The notes: a model not told the origin generated them from the sequence alone. DNA of 64,000 bases from an uncultured Candidatus Saccharibacteria bacterium (GCA_964628585.1 CAZVMH010000003.1:28470-92469), one strand, 5' to 3'; counted from the first letter of the stretch, positions 8,374 to 19,000 are shown. Program-made: numbers and translations.

Positions 8374-10149
8374 TTAATCATTATTATACTTTAAATACAA
8401 TAGCACTCCGTTTGAAATCGTTCCTTCTGGGTCACTCTGATTCTCCAATCTAGCCGAAACCGAGCACTTAATACCGTCTGACTTGTAAGCATAATACCAG
8501 CCATCGGTTGATTTTGGATCCTGTGGTAAGGTCGTAATGTAAGTGGGCACCAATGCTCGATATATTGTATTTTCTGTAGTATTTAATTTTAGAAGTGCCG
8601 AAGAAACCGGGTAATAGCCCATCTTGGATTTATAGTTTTTTAAAGCAGCCAAAATATTAGTAACGTCCTGTTTTCTGGTCTGATCAGTCGTGACTACTGG
8701 CGTTTCAGTTACGGCCGTTTTTTTAGTCGTAATAATATCTGATTCGCTAATAGTAGTAAAAGTATTTTTAATGTTAAAATCATAAAAATTAATTTCAGCT
8801 GTTATTGAACGAGTGGTCGAAGTTATTGGCGGAATGATTTTCAAGTTTGCTTGATGAATCTTCTTATCTCTCACCCCAATCCAAACCTCACCGGTTACAT
8901 TCTGTGCCATTTCTGAAGTTATACCAAGAGAAGAAAGAGAGTTGCCAATTTCTGCACTATCAATTGTATACTTAAAGCATCGAATTCCATCAATTTTTTC
9001 ATTGCCGGTTCTTTCTCCAGAAGCTGAAAGACCCTGACTTTTTTCCGCTTTAAAAATATCAGTTTGAATATTTTTTGATTGCAGTTTAGGAATTTTATAG
9101 TTTATCCACAAAGCAGAATCGCCTGCATATGAACCAACACTATCTTTAACAAATAGATCAGAGTTTTTATTTATCAAATTAATTTTAGAGCCATTTTTTT
9201 TAATCAGAAATTCTGCCTCACTTGCACTCGAAGCTGCTTTCATTGTAAAATCTGCTTCGATCGTTTCTATTGTGGCTTGTGTTGTGGTCAATGCCGAAAT
9301 CGATACGTCATTGGTGCTTGTTGTATTAGGGATACTGTCAGAATTACCAGTAACAATATCTACTAACGAAGAAGTAATATCCGATTCTGCACTCGAATCA
9401 ACGATAAGATCAATATTGCCTTTTGTTTTATAGCTAGTAACTTCTTGCATTTCAAATAGCGATTTGCCAAGAGCAGAGGAACTATTTTTAGAAAGACCCC
9501 CCCAAAGTTGTTCCATCCCGACCGATCCATAAGCTTTTTCCAGTCCGATAGAGAGAAAGCCGAATTCTGTTAAAGTAACTGCAAGAGCAGAAAAGAAGAT
9601 AATAATAATTAAGATTATTCCTAGTCTTTCTCGTATTAAAGAAAAAATCGGTTCATCATTTCGTTTTGATATTACTGGCTGAGTACCAGTGACCTCTGGA
9701 CTAGTGCCGGAATTAGTCAATTGAGGCATAATTTTTGACTCGGAAAAATCAATTGGCGCTTCTTCTTTTTTAATGAAATCCGTTGCCGGAACTTTTTTCC
9801 CAACTTTCTCTTCTACATCACTCGGAACCTTTAGTGGTTCGTTAACAATTTCCTTTTTGGGCATTAAATTACCAACAATTTTTGGCTTTTCTTCAGGAAC
9901 TTCTGGCACATCTTCATCCCAAGGACTAGAAGAAACTGATCTGGGAGAAGCTGTCGGGGAGGCGCTTTGAGTCGGTGAAGGGACTCGAGTCTTTGTTGGT
10001 ACAGATTTTGGAGTTGGAGTGGGCGCCGGCGCCGATACTGGCACAGATGCAAAAACTGGATTTTGAGTCGAAGTCAAATCTATAGGTAGAACAGAAGAGT
10101 CGCCTCCAGCTGAAGTGGGGTTAGTAGTCGCTTTTTTAATGTCGTTCAT
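8374..10149 (-). CDS. Membrane protein: Pro/Ser/Thr-rich N-terminus, one TM, beta-rich middle, C-terminal pseudopilin (GspG-like) globular domain
   Basis: DQTRKQDVTNILAALKNYKSKMGYYP...LVPTYITTLPQDP...YAY...SVSARLEN. Confidence 0.65.
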   Translation of the reverse strand: MNDIKKATTNPTSAGGDSSVLPIDLTSTQNPVFASVPVSAPAPTPTPKSVPTKTRVPSPTQSASPTASPRSVSSSPWDEDVPEVPEEKPKIVGNLMPKKEIVNEPLKVPSDVEEKVGKKVPATDFIKKEEAPIDFSESKIMPQLTNSGTSPEVTGTQPVISKRNDEPIFSLIRERLGIILIIIIFFSALAVTLTEFGFLSIGLEKAYGSVGMEQLWGGLSKNSSSALGKSLFEMQEVTSYKTKGNIDLIVDSSAESDITSSLVDIVTGNSDSIPNTTSTNDVSISALTTTQATIETIEADFTMKAASSASEAEFLIKKNGSKINLINKNSDLFVKDSVGSYAGDSALWINYKIPKLQSKNIQTDIFKAEKSQGLSASGERTGNEKIDGIRCFKYTIDSAEIGNSLSSLGITSEMAQNVTGEVWIGVRDKKIHQANLKIIPPITSTTRSITAEINFYDFNIKNTFTTISESDIITTKKTAVTETPVVTTDQTRKQDVTNILAALKNYKSKMGYYPVSSALLKLNTTENTIYRALVPTYITTLPQDPKSTDGWYYAYKSDGIKCSVSARLENQSDPEGTISNGVLLYLKYNND

Positions 10150-10296
10150 CGCCCTCCTTTGTCTTGCTCTCTCATTATATCATGAAATCAAATAAATTTA
10201 CTTCACGAACTTTATGAACCTTATAAACTTTTAACTTTATAACAAGATACAATAGTCACAAATCAAAGCGTTAAAAGGAGCGAAGCGCACTTATAA

Positions 10297-11514
10297 TTAA
10301 AGTTGACTTGCGGTTTTTAATGCTTCATGCAACTGCTCATCGACACTCAAATCTTCATCGTTAGATATTTTTATGTCAGCTTCAATCCCCTTGCCATTTA
10401 TCTCAGTGCCGTTTGGTGTAAGCCATTTTGCAACTGTAATTTTTACAGCCGAACCATCAGATAAATCAATTAATTCTTGAACACTGCCTTTGCCAAAAGT
10501 TTTTTCTCCAACTAATTTTATTGATTTACGATCTTTTAACGCTCCAGCTGTAATCTCTGAGGCCGAAGCGGAACCACCGTTAATCAATATCACAACCTTA
10601 CAATCTTTGAGCGTTGAATTACCTTCAGACCTATAATCCTTTTTGGCAACGTTTTTACCTTCTTCAGATACGATGACTCCATCTGGAATAAAATAACTCG
10701 AAATTTGAATTGCCGTTTCTAGATAACCGCCTGGGTTATTGCGCAAATCTATCACAACTATTTTGTCTTTTGTTTTTAAGGCGTTCTTGGCTGCCTGATC
10801 AAACAAAGCTAAAGTATCATCACCAAATTGACGAATTTTTATATAAGATATTTCCTTACCTTCATAAGTCTTTGTTTCCGATTCAACACTTTTGACGACA
10901 ATTTTTGCTCTCTCAATTTCAAATACTTTTAGTTCTTCGCTACCATCACGAAGTATTTCAAGCTTAACTTTTGTACCAGCCTCACCTCTAATTTTATTAA
11001 TTAACTCATTAAAACCAATATCAGAAGTACTGATTCCGTCGACTTTTGAGATAATGTCGTTTGGTTTTAAGCCCGCTTTTTCGGCTGGAGTATCAGAAAG
11101 TGGCGCCACCACTGTTGGCATTCCATTTTTTGCAATTAATTCAATGCCAATCCCATAAAATTCTCCGCCAATGTCTTCTCTAAATTGTTTATTTTCTTCT
11201 TTCGTAAAATATGTTGTATATGGGTCACCAGTTGAGGACAGTAGGCCCAAAATTGCTCCCGAAACCATATCTTTATCGTTTAAATTGGCTGTCGATTTTT
11301 CCTTCATCTTGTTCCAGGCTTCCCAAAAAACAGAAAAATCGACTCCGTTCGCCTTTGCATCGTTAATGTTCGAGATCCTAATTGATCCGAGAGAAAATGA
11401 AAATGTTCCCTTGTGCCCAAAGTTCATTCCTGCCACAAAAACCAAAAAAAATATTGAAAATACAACAACAAAAAATGCAATTTTTTTTAGGATTGAGAGT
11501 TTTCCATTTTTCAT
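10297..11514 (-). CDS. S41 C-terminal processing peptidase (PDZ + S41)
   Basis: GIGI PDZ loop, DLRNNPGG, SASASEI, GEKTFGKGSVQ, KWLTPNG. Confidence 0.95.
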   Translation of the reverse strand: MKNGKLSILKKIAFFVVVFSIFFLVFVAGMNFGHKGTFSFSLGSIRISNINDAKANGVDFSVFWEAWNKMKEKSTANLNDKDMVSGAILGLLSSTGDPYTTYFTKEENKQFREDIGGEFYGIGIELIAKNGMPTVVAPLSDTPAEKAGLKPNDIISKVDGISTSDIGFNELINKIRGEAGTKVKLEILRDGSEELKVFEIERAKIVVKSVESETKTYEGKEISYIKIRQFGDDTLALFDQAAKNALKTKDKIVVIDLRNNPGGYLETAIQISSYFIPDGVIVSEEGKNVAKKDYRSEGNSTLKDCKVVILINGGSASASEITAGALKDRKSIKLVGEKTFGKGSVQELIDLSDGSAVKITVAKWLTPNGTEINGKGIEADIKISNDEDLSVDEQLHEALKTASQL

Positions 11515-11523
11515 TGAAATATT

Positions 11524-12690
11524 TTACCCAGCAGTCGCCAAGTGCCCATATAATGTTATTGTATCGTCATCATGCAGAATTACCACCGCGTAACCATAAC
11601 CACCATACCATTGTTTTAATACTATTTCGCCAGAACCAGCCGCAAAAATTGGATCACCTTGAACACCCGGAACCTGTGCTCCAATATCAAGACCGGTGTG
11701 ATAAGAATAGCCACAGACGGTACAAGTGGCTGGCCCAAATTCCTGGGTAACTCTTTGCGATACTGTTGGCCATACGAATCTTGATCCTAGATAATTTCTT
11801 GGATTAACAGCTTGGTTACTTGAAGTACGAACTTCAAAATGTAAGTGGGCACCGGTAGAATTACCAGTTGAACCCATTGTTCCAATTAAGTTTCCTGGAT
11901 TAACTCTTTGCCCCTTGCCTCGTTCTGCTCCCCACGATCCAGAACGAGCCGAAATGATCGCAATAATTTGCATTTCAATTTCATATTCTCGTTTAAGGGC
12001 AGTTTTCTCTTGTTCTGTATATTCCTTTATAGCAGAGGTAGCATTATTAAGCAATCTCTCTTTATACGAAGCCTGGCTTTCTAAATAAGATTTTTGTTCT
12101 TTCTGACTATTTTGAAGATCAGACAAGCTTACAAGTTGTGCGTCTTGGGTCGCTTTTTGAGCGCTAAGATCTTCTTTCATTTTTTTTATTTTCTCCATCG
12201 TCACATCTATCTGCTGTGAAACCGAATCATAATACTGTTGCTGGGTAACGATATCAGAAAGGTTATTTGAGCTTAAAACTGTTTCAAATAAATCAGATTC
12301 CCCCTCCATATATCTTGAGACCAAAACATCATTTAGTTTACTCTTTTCTTTCGTGAGGTTTTCTTCTTCGGTTTTTATCTTCTGTTCCAAATCAGCAATT
12401 GTTGTTTCGGTTGTAGTAATTTCTGACAATGTCTTATTAAGCGCTGATTGAGTTTGGCGTATGTTATTTTCGATCGTGCTTATTTGTGACGCAACCTGGG
12501 CCGCTTCCTGTTTTTTTTGATCAGCTAGTCTTTTTGCTTCGGCCGCCTTTGCAGCATAATAATCTTTTTGCGCTTGCAATTGTGAAGCGGTTAGAGCCAA
12601 TGCTGCAGTCGCCTGTGAAAAAGTAAGTATTAGCAACAAGACAATAATAAGCTTATTTAGCAATTTCATTTTTTTGGATATTTTTTTCAT
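11524..12690 (-). CDS. Coiled-coil + M23 peptidase (EnvC/PcsB-like partner of FtsEX); M23 domain circularly permuted
   Basis: Signal peptide, long coiled coil, STGAHLHFEV located before HTGLD and YGHL. Confidence 0.88.
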   Translation of the reverse strand: MKKISKKMKLLNKLIIVLLLILTFSQATAALALTASQLQAQKDYYAAKAAEAKRLADQKKQEAAQVASQISTIENNIRQTQSALNKTLSEITTTETTIADLEQKIKTEEENLTKEKSKLNDVLVSRYMEGESDLFETVLSSNNLSDIVTQQQYYDSVSQQIDVTMEKIKKMKEDLSAQKATQDAQLVSLSDLQNSQKEQKSYLESQASYKERLLNNATSAIKEYTEQEKTALKREYEIEMQIIAIISARSGSWGAERGKGQRVNPGNLIGTMGSTGNSTGAHLHFEVRTSSNQAVNPRNYLGSRFVWPTVSQRVTQEFGPATCTVCGYSYHTGLDIGAQVPGVQGDPIFAAGSGEIVLKQWYGGYGYAVVILHDDDTITLYGHLATAG

Positions 12691-12712
12691 AATAATTTAT
12701 TAACTTTTTTAA

Positions 12713-13618
12713 CTATTTTAAATGCTTCTTAACCGCAATGACTGAACAAAACCCTCCCAACAATATTCCTGCTAGGAATTGCATTAATATAATTAACACT
12801 ACATTTAAACCCAAATATGAAGAATTCAAATTGGAAAGACCCAAATATGTTTCTGCTTGTGGAATTGTTAGCCTAAAGAAAAAATAAAAAACAATTGAGG
12901 AAATTATTGCTCCCAATACCCCGTAACCAATTCCCTCCAATACAAATGGACCACGGATATACCAATCTGACCCTCCAACTAACTTCATAATATCAATTTC
13001 TTCAGACCGAGCAAATATTGTAAGCCTAACAGTATTATATATTATTAGAACTGATATCAGAACAAATACGATAGAAAGTGAGTATCCGATTTTCTTTACA
13101 AATTTAGTAATGTTAACCAACTTATTAATAAGTTGTTTATTTTTTTCATAACTTATTTGTTTAATGATTGGTTTATAATCGTCACCCAATAGATAAGTGT
13201 TAATTTTGTCCAAATCCTCTGGCGTTTGCGCTTTTACCTCTAAAGATTGCGGAAGCGGGTTTTCATCTTCGGTGATATAGTTCTTAACAGTTTCGTTGCC
13301 CTGTTGACTCTTCCAACGTTCTAGTGCTTTTTCTTTCGAAACATAATCAACATTTTTTACATCGGCTCTTGAAACAATAATATTCTGCAAAGCAAAAATT
13401 TGATCTTTCGAAGCAGTATCGTTGAAATAGACAATTAGATCCGCTTTATCACGAAGTGACTCAGTCGTCTTATTGGTAATCACCAGTAAACTAACAAAAA
13501 ATGAAATCGTGATTAGGGTCAGAACCATAATTAAAGTAGCAGCCAGTGAGAGCCACCAGTTTCGACAAAATGACTTAAATGAAGTTTTTGCAATTCTATA
13601 AAGTGTTGTTAAAAACAT
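12713..13618 (-). CDS. ftsX: Cell division permease FtsX
   Basis: RNWWLSLAAT, ENPLP, NTVRLTIFARSEEIDIMKLVG, IRGPFVLEG. Confidence 0.95.
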   Translation of the reverse strand: MFLTTLYRIAKTSFKSFCRNWWLSLAATLIMVLTLITISFFVSLLVITNKTTESLRDKADLIVYFNDTASKDQIFALQNIIVSRADVKNVDYVSKEKALERWKSQQGNETVKNYITEDENPLPQSLEVKAQTPEDLDKINTYLLGDDYKPIIKQISYEKNKQLINKLVNITKFVKKIGYSLSIVFVLISVLIIYNTVRLTIFARSEEIDIMKLVGGSDWYIRGPFVLEGIGYGVLGAIISSIVFYFFFRLTIPQAETYLGLSNLNSSYLGLNVVLIILMQFLAGILLGGFCSVIAVKKHLK

Positions 13619-13632
13619 TCCCCATCCATTGT

Positions 13633-14538
13633 TTAAAGTATATATTTACCTTTTTCCTGATCTGATACTACTTTCCCTGCTCGCATTGTAATAACTCGAC
13701 GTTCCAGAGCATCCACCACCTCTTTATCGTGTGTCGCCAAAAGAACAATTGTGCCCTGATTATTAATTTTAAATAATAATTCAATAATCTCCCAAGTAGC
13801 AACAGGATCTAAGTTCCCAGTCGGCTCGTCTGCAATTAAAAGTTTTGGTTTATGGACAAGAGCTCTTGCGATTGAAACCCTCTGTTTCTCTCCTCCTGAA
13901 AGCTCCTCTGAAAAAGCCTTGCTTCTTGAGGTTAAACCAACAATTTCAATGATTTTAGGTACTCTTTCTGCAATTTCCTTGCTACTGACATCGGCTACTT
14001 CTAGGGCAAAGGCAATATTTTCATAAACAGTTTTCTTAGGCAAAAGTTTGAAATCTTGAAAAATAATGCCTACTTTTCTGCGATAGTATGGGAGTTCGCG
14101 TGGTTGTAATTTTGAAATATCTCTACCGGCAACTAGCACTTGTCCTTTTGTAGGTGGTTCTTCACAGGTTAAAAGACGAATTAAGGTTGATTTTCCTGCT
14201 CCAGAGGGACCAACCAAAGAAATGAACTCACCTGGAGCAACCTTGAAAGAGACATCATCAACCGCGTTTACTTTACCTGGATATATTTTTGAAATATTTT
14301 TAAATTCAATTACGGTCTCTCGTGTATGTGCTTTTTTTGAAATTACTTCGGGCCCTGATTGTTTCAATGCGGCATTATCTACTTTTGGTTTTGTTTCAAC
14401 TGCTTCTAAGGGAGACTCTTTCTGGAGTTTAACTTCTGGTTTTGGTCCCAAACCTGCTTCAACCTTTGCACCCGATTTTGCATCTTTAATTGCACTTGGT
14501 GTCACCAATGATTTTTCTTTTAAATCGATTTCGCTCAT
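13633..14538 (-). CDS. ftsE: Cell division ATPase FtsE with about 75-aa N-terminal extension (start uncertain)
   Basis: GPSGAGKST, IFQDFKLL, LSGGEKQRV, ADEPTGNLD; adjacent to ftsX. Confidence 0.93.
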   Translation of the reverse strand: MSEIDLKEKSLVTPSAIKDAKSGAKVEAGLGPKPEVKLQKESPLEAVETKPKVDNAALKQSGPEVISKKAHTRETVIEFKNISKIYPGKVNAVDDVSFKVAPGEFISLVGPSGAGKSTLIRLLTCEEPPTKGQVLVAGRDISKLQPRELPYYRRKVGIIFQDFKLLPKKTVYENIAFALEVADVSSKEIAERVPKIIEIVGLTSRSKAFSEELSGGEKQRVSIARALVHKPKLLIADEPTGNLDPVATWEIIELLFKINNQGTIVLLATHDKEVVDALERRVITMRAGKVVSDQEKGKYIL

Positions 14539-14629
14539 TTTGTTTTGAAATGTAAAATAATTAAACAGACTTTTCTTCTGCTTTATTATTATAGCACTAT
14601 TTGAAAAGTCCAACTAATCCACAGGGGGA

Positions 14630-17338
14630 TTATCTACCGCAACATTTTTTGTATTTTTTTCCGCTTCCACACGGACAAGGATCATTACGACCAACTTTTT
14701 TTACATTTTTGATTTGAGATCTTGGGCCACTTTGTCCTTCCGCCATTCGATCAAAAACACTCTTCCCCTTTTCTCGGATAACTGTTGTAACTCCGTTTTG
14801 AGAGTTCGATGTTTCGGATCTTGTATTCGTTTCACTGTCGACATTTTGAAAGTCCGATTTAGGCCGTTCGATTCCTCCGATTGAATTAGCATCTGGTGAT
14901 TTATATTCTAAAGGCCTTCGTGTAATTGGTTGTGTAGGAGGTACTTGTACCTCAACTTTCAATATGGTTTTAGCCACATTACTTTCAATAGTTCTTAGTA
15001 GACTCTGAAAAAGAAGGTACGCTTCTTGCTTATATTCAACCAATGGGTCTCGCTGTCCGTAACCTCGCAAACTTATACCAGTTCGTAGCTCGTCCATTGT
15101 AGTTAAGTGTTCAACCCAGAGCAGATCTATCGTTCGCAAGAATACCGCTTTTTCAATTTGACGCGCAAGCTCTTCCCCATATATACTCTCTCTTTGTTGA
15201 TAGATTTCTTTTACTTTTTTCGTTAATTTTTCTAGATCAATTGTGTTAACATTTTCTGGCCCAATAATCGCACCTAGCTCTAATTTGGCCTTCTCTTCAT
15301 CCTCAATATTATTATTAACAATACTTTCGACCTCATCTTCAAGAATATCAATTATTTCTTCCTTTAGATTTTTACCTTCAGACTTGTGATTTTCTAAAAT
15401 TGCTCTTCTCTTCCTATATATCACCTCTCGATGCTTATTCATTACATCGTCATATTCTACCAAATGTTTTCGAATATCAAAGTTATGACCTTCAACTTTC
15501 CGCTGAGCCGATTCTATTGAACGTGAAATCATCTTGTTTTCAATTGGCATATCTTCGGGAAGACCCAGTGTATTCATTAGGCTCTTCATCTTTTCACCAC
15601 CAAAGATTCTCATTAAATCGTCATCCATTGAAACAAAAAATTGAGATGACCCAGGATCACCCTGACGACCGGCACGACCTCGAAGCTGATTATCAATTCG
15701 ACGAGATTCATGCCTCTCTGTACCGATTACATGAAGACCACCAAGAGCAACCACACCTTCTCCTAGCTTAATATCGGTACCACGACCAGCCATATTAGTT
15801 GCAACCATTACAGCCCCTTTTTGACCAGCCTTAGCTACAATTTTTGCCTCTCTTAAATGATTTTTGGCATTTAAAACTTCGTGTTTTACTCCTGCTTTTT
15901 TCAAAAGCCGAGACAGGACTTCGTTTTTAGTTACCGAAACAGTACCAACTAAAACTGGTTGGCCTTTCTCTTGTTTGTCTTTTATTTCCTCTACTATAGC
16001 AGTAAGTTTACCCTCTTCAGACTTAAAAATTTTGTCAGGAAAATCTTTTCGTACCACTGGTTTATTGGTCGGAATTTCGGTTACGTCAAGTTTATATATT
16101 TTATAGAATTCTTCTGCTTCTGTAGCCGCTGTTCCCGTCATGCCAGACAATTTATTATAAAGTCTGAACAAATTTTGGAATGAAATTGTGGCCATTGTCT
16201 GAGATTCTTGTTTTACTTCTACGTTTTCCTTCGCTTCAATGGCCTGGTGAAGACCCTCCGAATACCTTCTACCTACCATTAAACGTCCCGTAAACTCATC
16301 AACAATAATAATTTCACCATCTTTGACAATATAGTCTTTGTCTTTTTTGAAAAGAGTTTGTGCCTTAAGTGCCTGCTCCAAATGATGAACCATTGTGATT
16401 CCATCTGTAGCATAAATATTTTTAATATTAAGTAATCCTTCGATCTTTTTGATACCCGCATCAGTCAAAGTGACTACTCTGTCTTTTTCATCTATCACGA
16501 AATCAGACTCTGCTTTCAATTTTGGAATTAAAGCAGAAAATTGTTGGTACATCCCAGCCGATTCGGCTGCGGGCGCAGAAATAATCAAAGGCGTTCTGGC
16601 TTCATCAATTAAAATGGAGTCAACCTCATCAACTATGGCATAGTTCAATTCGCGTTGAGAACATTGCTCCACCGATGGCGCCATATTGTCACGCAAATAA
16701 TCAAAACCATATTCGTTATTTGTGCCGTAAGTAATATCGCAAGCATAAGCATCTTTTCTCGAACATGGTTCTAAATTTTCTCCTTCACATTCAGAGTAAT
16801 GTTTATAGTCGCGAGTTTTTTTGAAACGATAGCTTTCTTGATTACTTTGGATAATACCTGTTGATAGCCCTAGAAAGTTAAAAACTTCACCCATTCCTTC
16901 ACCCTGATGTTTGGCTAGATAATCATTTACAGTAACTAAGTGGGCCCCACGCCCAGTTAGAGCATTTAAGAATAGTGGCAGAGCAGCCACAATAGTTTTA
17001 CCCTCACCAGTTTTCATTTCGGCAATTTTACCCTGATGCAAGACCATACCGCCAATCATTTGTACATCAAAATGACGCTCGCCCCAGACCCTTTTAGTCG
17101 CTTCTCGAACAAGTGCAAACGCTTCCGGTAAAATCTGGCTTAATAGCTCTTTCTCCCTCTCATTATCGCCGCCAGCTTGAGATAGTTTGACCTTCAATTT
17201 TTCTGTTACTTCTGTGAGTTGTTTATCGGTCAATTTCTGTAATTCAATTTCAAAATTCTCCGCTTCTTTTACTTGCGGTTGCATATCAGTAATAACTCGC
17301 TGATTTGTGAAATTAAAAAACTTTGAGAATATGGACAT
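14630..17338 (-). CDS. secA: Preprotein translocase SecA
   Basis: AEMKTGEGKT, VDEVDSILIDEARTPLIIS, TNMAGRGTDI, SEC-C GRNDPCPCGSGKKYKKCCG. Confidence 0.98.
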   Translation of the reverse strand: MSIFSKFFNFTNQRVITDMQPQVKEAENFEIELQKLTDKQLTEVTEKLKVKLSQAGGDNEREKELLSQILPEAFALVREATKRVWGERHFDVQMIGGMVLHQGKIAEMKTGEGKTIVAALPLFLNALTGRGAHLVTVNDYLAKHQGEGMGEVFNFLGLSTGIIQSNQESYRFKKTRDYKHYSECEGENLEPCSRKDAYACDITYGTNNEYGFDYLRDNMAPSVEQCSQRELNYAIVDEVDSILIDEARTPLIISAPAAESAGMYQQFSALIPKLKAESDFVIDEKDRVVTLTDAGIKKIEGLLNIKNIYATDGITMVHHLEQALKAQTLFKKDKDYIVKDGEIIIVDEFTGRLMVGRRYSEGLHQAIEAKENVEVKQESQTMATISFQNLFRLYNKLSGMTGTAATEAEEFYKIYKLDVTEIPTNKPVVRKDFPDKIFKSEEGKLTAIVEEIKDKQEKGQPVLVGTVSVTKNEVLSRLLKKAGVKHEVLNAKNHLREAKIVAKAGQKGAVMVATNMAGRGTDIKLGEGVVALGGLHVIGTERHESRRIDNQLRGRAGRQGDPGSSQFFVSMDDDLMRIFGGEKMKSLMNTLGLPEDMPIENKMISRSIESAQRKVEGHNFDIRKHLVEYDDVMNKHREVIYRKRRAILENHKSEGKNLKEEIIDILEDEVESIVNNNIEDEEKAKLELGAIIGPENVNTIDLEKLTKKVKEIYQQRESIYGEELARQIEKAVFLRTIDLLWVEHLTTMDELRTGISLRGYGQRDPLVEYKQEAYLLFQSLLRTIESNVAKTILKVEVQVPPTQPITRRPLEYKSPDANSIGGIERPKSDFQNVDSETNTRSETSNSQNGVTTVIREKGKSVFDRMAEGQSGPRSQIKNVKKVGRNDPCPCGSGKKYKKCCGR

Positions 17339-17344
17339 ATAAAG

Positions 17345-17713
17345 TTATTTCTTGCGTTTGATTACTTTGAGAAGTTTCTCAAATCTTCCTCCACCACCAC
17401 GTTTTACCTTATCGATTCTCTTGCGGTGATATCTAGAAAGTTGACGCTCAAATCTTTTAAGAGCAATGGCAAACGCACGCAGCAACCTGTCGTCTTCCTC
17501 TTCAATAAAGATTTTTTCCTTGCCAAAAGTTGCGTTAATATGAACGTTTTGATCTACTCCACCCTTTTCTTCACTGGTCTCATCCTTAAGCAATAAATCA
17601 ATAATTATGTTCTCATCTGGCAGATATCTTTTCATTCGAGAAAGCTTCTTCTCCATCATCGCTTTTTGTTTCGCCGTAATAATAATACCGTCTGTATGAA
17701 TGTTAATTTTCAT
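17345..17713 (-). CDS. hpf: Ribosome hibernation factor HPF/RaiA (short form)
   Basis: MKINIHTDGIIIT...EKKLSRMKRYL...AFAIALKRFERQLSRY; classic position upstream of secA. Confidence 0.8.
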   Translation of the reverse strand: MKINIHTDGIIITAKQKAMMEKKLSRMKRYLPDENIIIDLLLKDETSEEKGGVDQNVHINATFGKEKIFIEEEDDRLLRAFAIALKRFERQLSRYHRKRIDKVKRGGGGRFEKLLKVIKRKK

Positions 17714-17726
17714 TATTCTCCCTCAA

Positions 17727-18992
17727 TTACTTACTAATTTGTTTAAATGGTAAATATTTCCAAAGAACTTTTGGAATCTTAATACTACCATCTTTTTGTT
17801 GAAAATTCTCTAGTATTGCAATAATTGGTCTTGTTATTGCAATAGCAGTGCCATTAATCATATGAACATATTCTTTGCTCGTATCTTCGTTTTTATATTT
17901 AATATTAAGCGCCCTTGATTGATAATCGGTACAGTTGGATGTTGATGTAATTTCAGCCCAATCACCCATTTCGCCAGTTTTATTTGGTTTGCCTGGCATC
18001 CAAGTCTCAAGATCGAAAGTTCGGAAGGATGGTGCGCCCAAATCTGCGCTGCAGTGGTCTATAACTCTAAATGGTATCTCCAAACCTTTAAATATCTCTT
18101 TTTCGATCTCTAGGACTTCATTATGAGCTTTTTCTGATTCTTCCGGCAAAGTGTATTGGAACATCTCTACTTTTGTAAATTGATGCACGCGAAATATACC
18201 TTTGGAGAACTTTGAATAACTACCTGCTTCAGTTCTAAAACAATGCGAGATTGCAACATACTTTTTAGGCAACTCTTTTCTCTCCAAAGTTTCGTCTTTA
18301 TGATAACCACCCATTATGATTTCGGCAGTGCCAATTAAACTCAGATCTGAATTCTCAATGTTATATATTTGTGTTGATTCTCCACGTGGGCTGTAGCCCA
18401 TATCGGATAAAATTTCTCTTTTCGCAAGATCTGGAGTCGCAAACGGAATAAATTTGTGTTTCATCGCCACATCAAAAGCATATCTGGCCAAAGCCATTTC
18501 AAGTAAAACTAATTCATTTTTAAGAAAGTAAAATTTGGCCCCAGATACCTTCGTTCCACGTTCAAAGTCGATAAGATCAAGACTTTCAGAAAGCTCAACA
18601 TGGTCTTTTGGCTTAAAATTAAACTTTGTCGGTCTGCCAAAACTTTCCAGCTCAACATTTTCATTCTCATCTTTGCTGACTTTCACTTTTGGATGTGTTA
18701 AATTTGGAACTTCTTGCATCAGCTCAAGATATTTCTCTTCAATTGGCTTGAGTTCTTTCTCGATACCTGAAATTTCTTCACCAACTTTTTTAATTTCGGC
18801 AATTATCTCCGGCGTTGGTTTTGTTTTTGAGGAAGAATTACGCTTCGCTCTAAGCTCTTCTACTTTTGTCTCTAGCTCTCTTTTCTTTTTATCGGTCGAA
18901 AGAAGAAGATCAATATCAACGCGAGATAATCGATCTGCAGAATTTTTCTTAACCAATTCTACATTTTCTCTAATGAATTTTATATCAAGCAT
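17727..18992 (-). CDS. serS: Serine-tRNA ligase
   Basis: MLDIKFIREN, LIGTAE, CFRTEAG, RVHQFTKVE, SNCTDYQSR. Confidence 0.97.
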   Translation of the reverse strand: MLDIKFIRENVELVKKNSADRLSRVDIDLLLSTDKKKRELETKVEELRAKRNSSSKTKPTPEIIAEIKKVGEEISGIEKELKPIEEKYLELMQEVPNLTHPKVKVSKDENENVELESFGRPTKFNFKPKDHVELSESLDLIDFERGTKVSGAKFYFLKNELVLLEMALARYAFDVAMKHKFIPFATPDLAKREILSDMGYSPRGESTQIYNIENSDLSLIGTAEIIMGGYHKDETLERKELPKKYVAISHCFRTEAGSYSKFSKGIFRVHQFTKVEMFQYTLPEESEKAHNEVLEIEKEIFKGLEIPFRVIDHCSADLGAPSFRTFDLETWMPGKPNKTGEMGDWAEITSTSNCTDYQSRALNIKYKNEDTSKEYVHMINGTAIAITRPIIAILENFQQKDGSIKIPKVLWKYLPFKQISK

Positions 18993-19000
18993 TGTTCTCC

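Noticed and set aside
10100-10122. Short palindrome encoding PTSAGGD as another in-frame REP
   Set aside because: CGCCTCCAGCTGAAGTG is too short and has no second copy in the window.
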